DNA of 64,000 nucleotides from Rickettsia typhi (GTDB lineage Bacteria; Pseudomonadota; Alphaproteobacteria; Rickettsiales; UBA1997): NCBI GenBank assembly GCA_945872855.1, contig CAMCAW010000004.1, positions 7,666 to 71,665 of the forward strand, read 5' to 3'. Shown piece by piece: positions 60,804 to 64,000 of this stretch (position 1 is its first letter; each line of letters starts with the position of its first letter). The notes under the pieces were generated by a model. It saw only the letters and a program-made list of their open reading frames with translations, ran no database searches and was not told where the DNA came from. The position numbers and the translations under genes were made by a program.

Positions 60804-61046
60804 ATGTCTATCATAATTTCACTCGCCATTATTTTTGCCCTTGCAACCACTACTTTTAAGCTGCTAACAGCAAATAATATCTACGAAAAAATCACTGGAT
60901 TTTATTTTATTTTTACCAATTTCATTATTTTAATTTTGATCAACGCAGTCACTAATTTTGACGCCATGCTCGATATCATCATCATCTTATTTTTACTGCA
61001 ATTTGTGGCGATTTTATTTCTATTATTTAATCGCAAAAAAATATGA
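60804..61046 (+). CDS. Mrp/Mnh-type cation:proton antiporter subunit F-like
   Basis: 80 aa with 3 TM segments. Its size, topology and ATGA coupling to a subunit G-like gene fit MrpF/MnhF. Sequence similarity was judged by eye only. Confidence 0.5.
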   Translation: MSIIISLAIIFALATTTFKLLTANNIYEKITGFYFIFTNFIILILINAVTNFDAMLDIIIILFLLQFVAILFLLFNRKKI

Positions 61047-61369
61047 TTATCGCCGCGTGGATTTTTGGGATTTTAGGCGCAACCTTACTCTGTCTTGCCT
61101 CAATAGCATTATTTCGCGCGAAGGATGTTTTTGTGATGTTGCAAATTATCACGATCAGCAATTTTTATATTATCCCACTAATCTTGCTGGCTGTAGAGCT
61201 GGAGAAATTCTCGTGGATTTCACTAGCAAAAACTTTGGTGATTATTGCGCTTAATATTATTATCGCAAACCTGTTGAACTATGTGGTTGCAAGGCGCGCG
61301 ATCGTTAATCAAATTTTGCCCGATGCAGATTTTAAGAAGATTATAAAAAAGGGTAGAACTAATTCTTAA
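61043..61369 (+). CDS. Mrp/Mnh-type cation:proton antiporter subunit G-like
   Basis: 108 aa with 3 TM segments. The N-terminal pattern GILGATLLCLASIALFRAKDVFVMLQ resembles the MnhG G..G..R.PD...R.H region. Confidence 0.55.
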   Translation: MIIAAWIFGILGATLLCLASIALFRAKDVFVMLQIITISNFYIIPLILLAVELEKFSWISLAKTLVIIALNIIIANLLNYVVARRAIVNQILPDADFKKIIKKGRTNS

Positions 61370-61404
61370 TAGGATTATTTTAGCTCAGAAGACAAGGGAG
61401 GGGG

Positions 61405-61650
61405 TTAATCGACTAGAACTGTCAGTTTTTTACCATCGTTAATTTCAGCAAAACCGCCTAGAACAGCAAGCTCTTTCATAATCTCTTGCTTCTCGTTATA
61501 AACCGCAACTTTTCCTTCTGTTAGTGTGGCAATAAAGGCTTCATGATCTTGCATGATACCAATTTCTCCAGCAACAGAGGGCACTACAGCCATATAGCAT
61601 GAGCCTTCAAAAATTATACCAGCAGGAGAAATGATTTCGATTTTTAGCAT
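61405..61650 (-). CDS. atpC: ATP synthase F1 epsilon subunit, N-terminal beta-sandwich domain only (81 aa)
   Basis: MLKIEIISPAGIIFEGSCYMAVVPSVAGEIGIMQDHEAFIATL..G.V is typical of the epsilon N-terminal domain. It lies directly downstream of atpD, and the C-terminal helical hairpin is not encoded. Confidence 0.8.
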   Translation of the reverse strand: MLKIEIISPAGIIFEGSCYMAVVPSVAGEIGIMQDHEAFIATLTEGKVAVYNEKQEIMKELAVLGGFAEINDGKKLTVLVD

Positions 61651-61710
61651 CGTTTATTTGTTTGAAAACGGGCGAGTTTTAATTCGCCCTTACGATTATT
61701 TTTGGCAACC

Positions 61711-63219
<1,509 letters not shown>

Positions 63220-63245
63220 CTATGAGCTTTTGCTTAAATTACAAG

Positions 63246-64000
63246 TTAAATTAACTTCGGCCTTTTATTCAACATTTGCGCTTCTAGCAAAATATCGTGA
63301 CCAATTGGCGCAGCAGCACCAGAGCCACTTTTGCCATGCTCAACCACCACCGAAATTGCATATTTTGGATCTCCCACCGGCGCAAATCCCACAAAAATTG
63401 CGTGATTTTTATTTGCGTTAAGCGCAGTTTCTGCCTTGGTCATTTCTTTTTCACGCTTAGAAATCACTTGCGAAGTTCCAGTTTTGCCCGCCATTTCATA
63501 GCCTTTTTCGGTGATTCTTCTAAAATAAGAAGTGCCGCGCGGGTCGTTAACTACCCGTCTCATGCCCTCAAGCACAAATTTTACATGCTCTGGGTCTTTC
63601 ACTAAAATATCTCCTTTTAAATCATCGAACTGGCTATAAATATTGTGGTTGCGCACCAAATAAGGCTTGATAGGCACGCCACCATTGGCTAGACGCGCCG
63701 TTACTAAGGCCATTTGCAGCGGAGTTGCCAACATAAAACCTTGCCCGATGGCCGTGTTTAGGGTGTCGCCGCCAACCCATGGCTGATGATAAACTTTTTC
63801 TTTCCACTCGGGAGAGGCCACGTTGCCTGCTTTGGCGCCATAAAGGCTGATATCGAATTTTTCGCCATAACCAAAACGGCGTGACATTTCAGCAATTTTT
63901 TCAATGCCAATTTGATTCGCCAAAGTAAAAAACATCACGTTGCAAGATTGCATAATGCCTTCCATCATGTCTACCGAGCCGTGCCCACCCTCTTTCCAGC
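63246..64000 (-). CDS. mrdA: Penicillin-binding protein 2 (transpeptidase), C-terminal part; gene continues beyond the window end
   Basis: The frame is open to the window edge. It has the SCN motif (SxN class; QSCNVMF), the KTGT motif (AGKTGTSQV) and PHAIFVGFAP-like NHAIFVGFAPV. Confidence 0.85.
   Translation of the reverse strand, partial: WKEGGHGSVDMMEGIMQSCNVMFFTLANQIGIEKIAEMSRRFGYGEKFDISLYGAKAGNVASPEWKEKVYHQPWVGGDTLNTAIGQGFMLATPLQMALVTARLANGGVPIKPYLVRNHNIYSQFDDLKGDILVKDPEHVKFVLEGMRRVVNDPRGTSYFRRITEKGYEMAGKTGTSQVISKREKEMTKAETALNANKNHAIFVGFAPVGDPKYAISVVVEHGKSGSGAAAPIGHDILLEAQMLNKRPKLI

Overview
AT-rich alphaproteobacterial chromosome segment. The evidence is the 16S sequence, a hemD / Mic60-like / hemY-like cluster, a split pntA, and a 16S gene not linked to 23S/5S. 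This fits a reduced-genome, probably intracellular lineage (Rickettsiales/Holosporales-like); I cannot place it further without a database search. I support about 60 protein genes, almost all housekeeping: pheS, rpmH-rnpA, panB, lpdA, dps, recA, sucCD, dapD, pyrD, metK, gltX, pgi, mnmG, queE, tilS, recG, smpB, lolD, lpxK/lpxL-like, xseA, ssb, nuoG, rpsP, rdgB, ybeY, ggt, atpDC and partial mrdA and dprA. There are also 3 tRNAs (Gln-UUG, Arg-ACG, Cys-GCA) and one solitary 16S rRNA with its own candidate promoter, processing stem and terminator. I saw no transposases, phage genes, CRISPR arrays, toxin-antitoxin pairs or recognisable defence systems. The non-housekeeping signals worth follow-up are these. 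(1) A 507-aa mucin-like Thr/Ser-rich single-pass membrane protein whose tail carries repeated NPxY/EPIYA-like tyrosine motifs; it is a candidate host-signalling mimic. (2) A family of about 90-110-bp palindromic intergenic elements, with 5 copies in two arm-compensated subfamilies. (3) Two divergent paralogous orphan proteins of about 428 aa bracketing rpmH-rnpA. (4) A CarD/CdnL regulator fused to an N-terminal histone-H1-like Lys/Ala-rich region and a C-terminal poly-acidic tail ending in KPRKKRKK. (5) Further orphan or secreted proteins and lineage-specific insertions in conserved enzymes. All calls come from reading the translations and sequence by eye. RNA ends are accurate to a few nt. 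No similarity searches or statistics were run.
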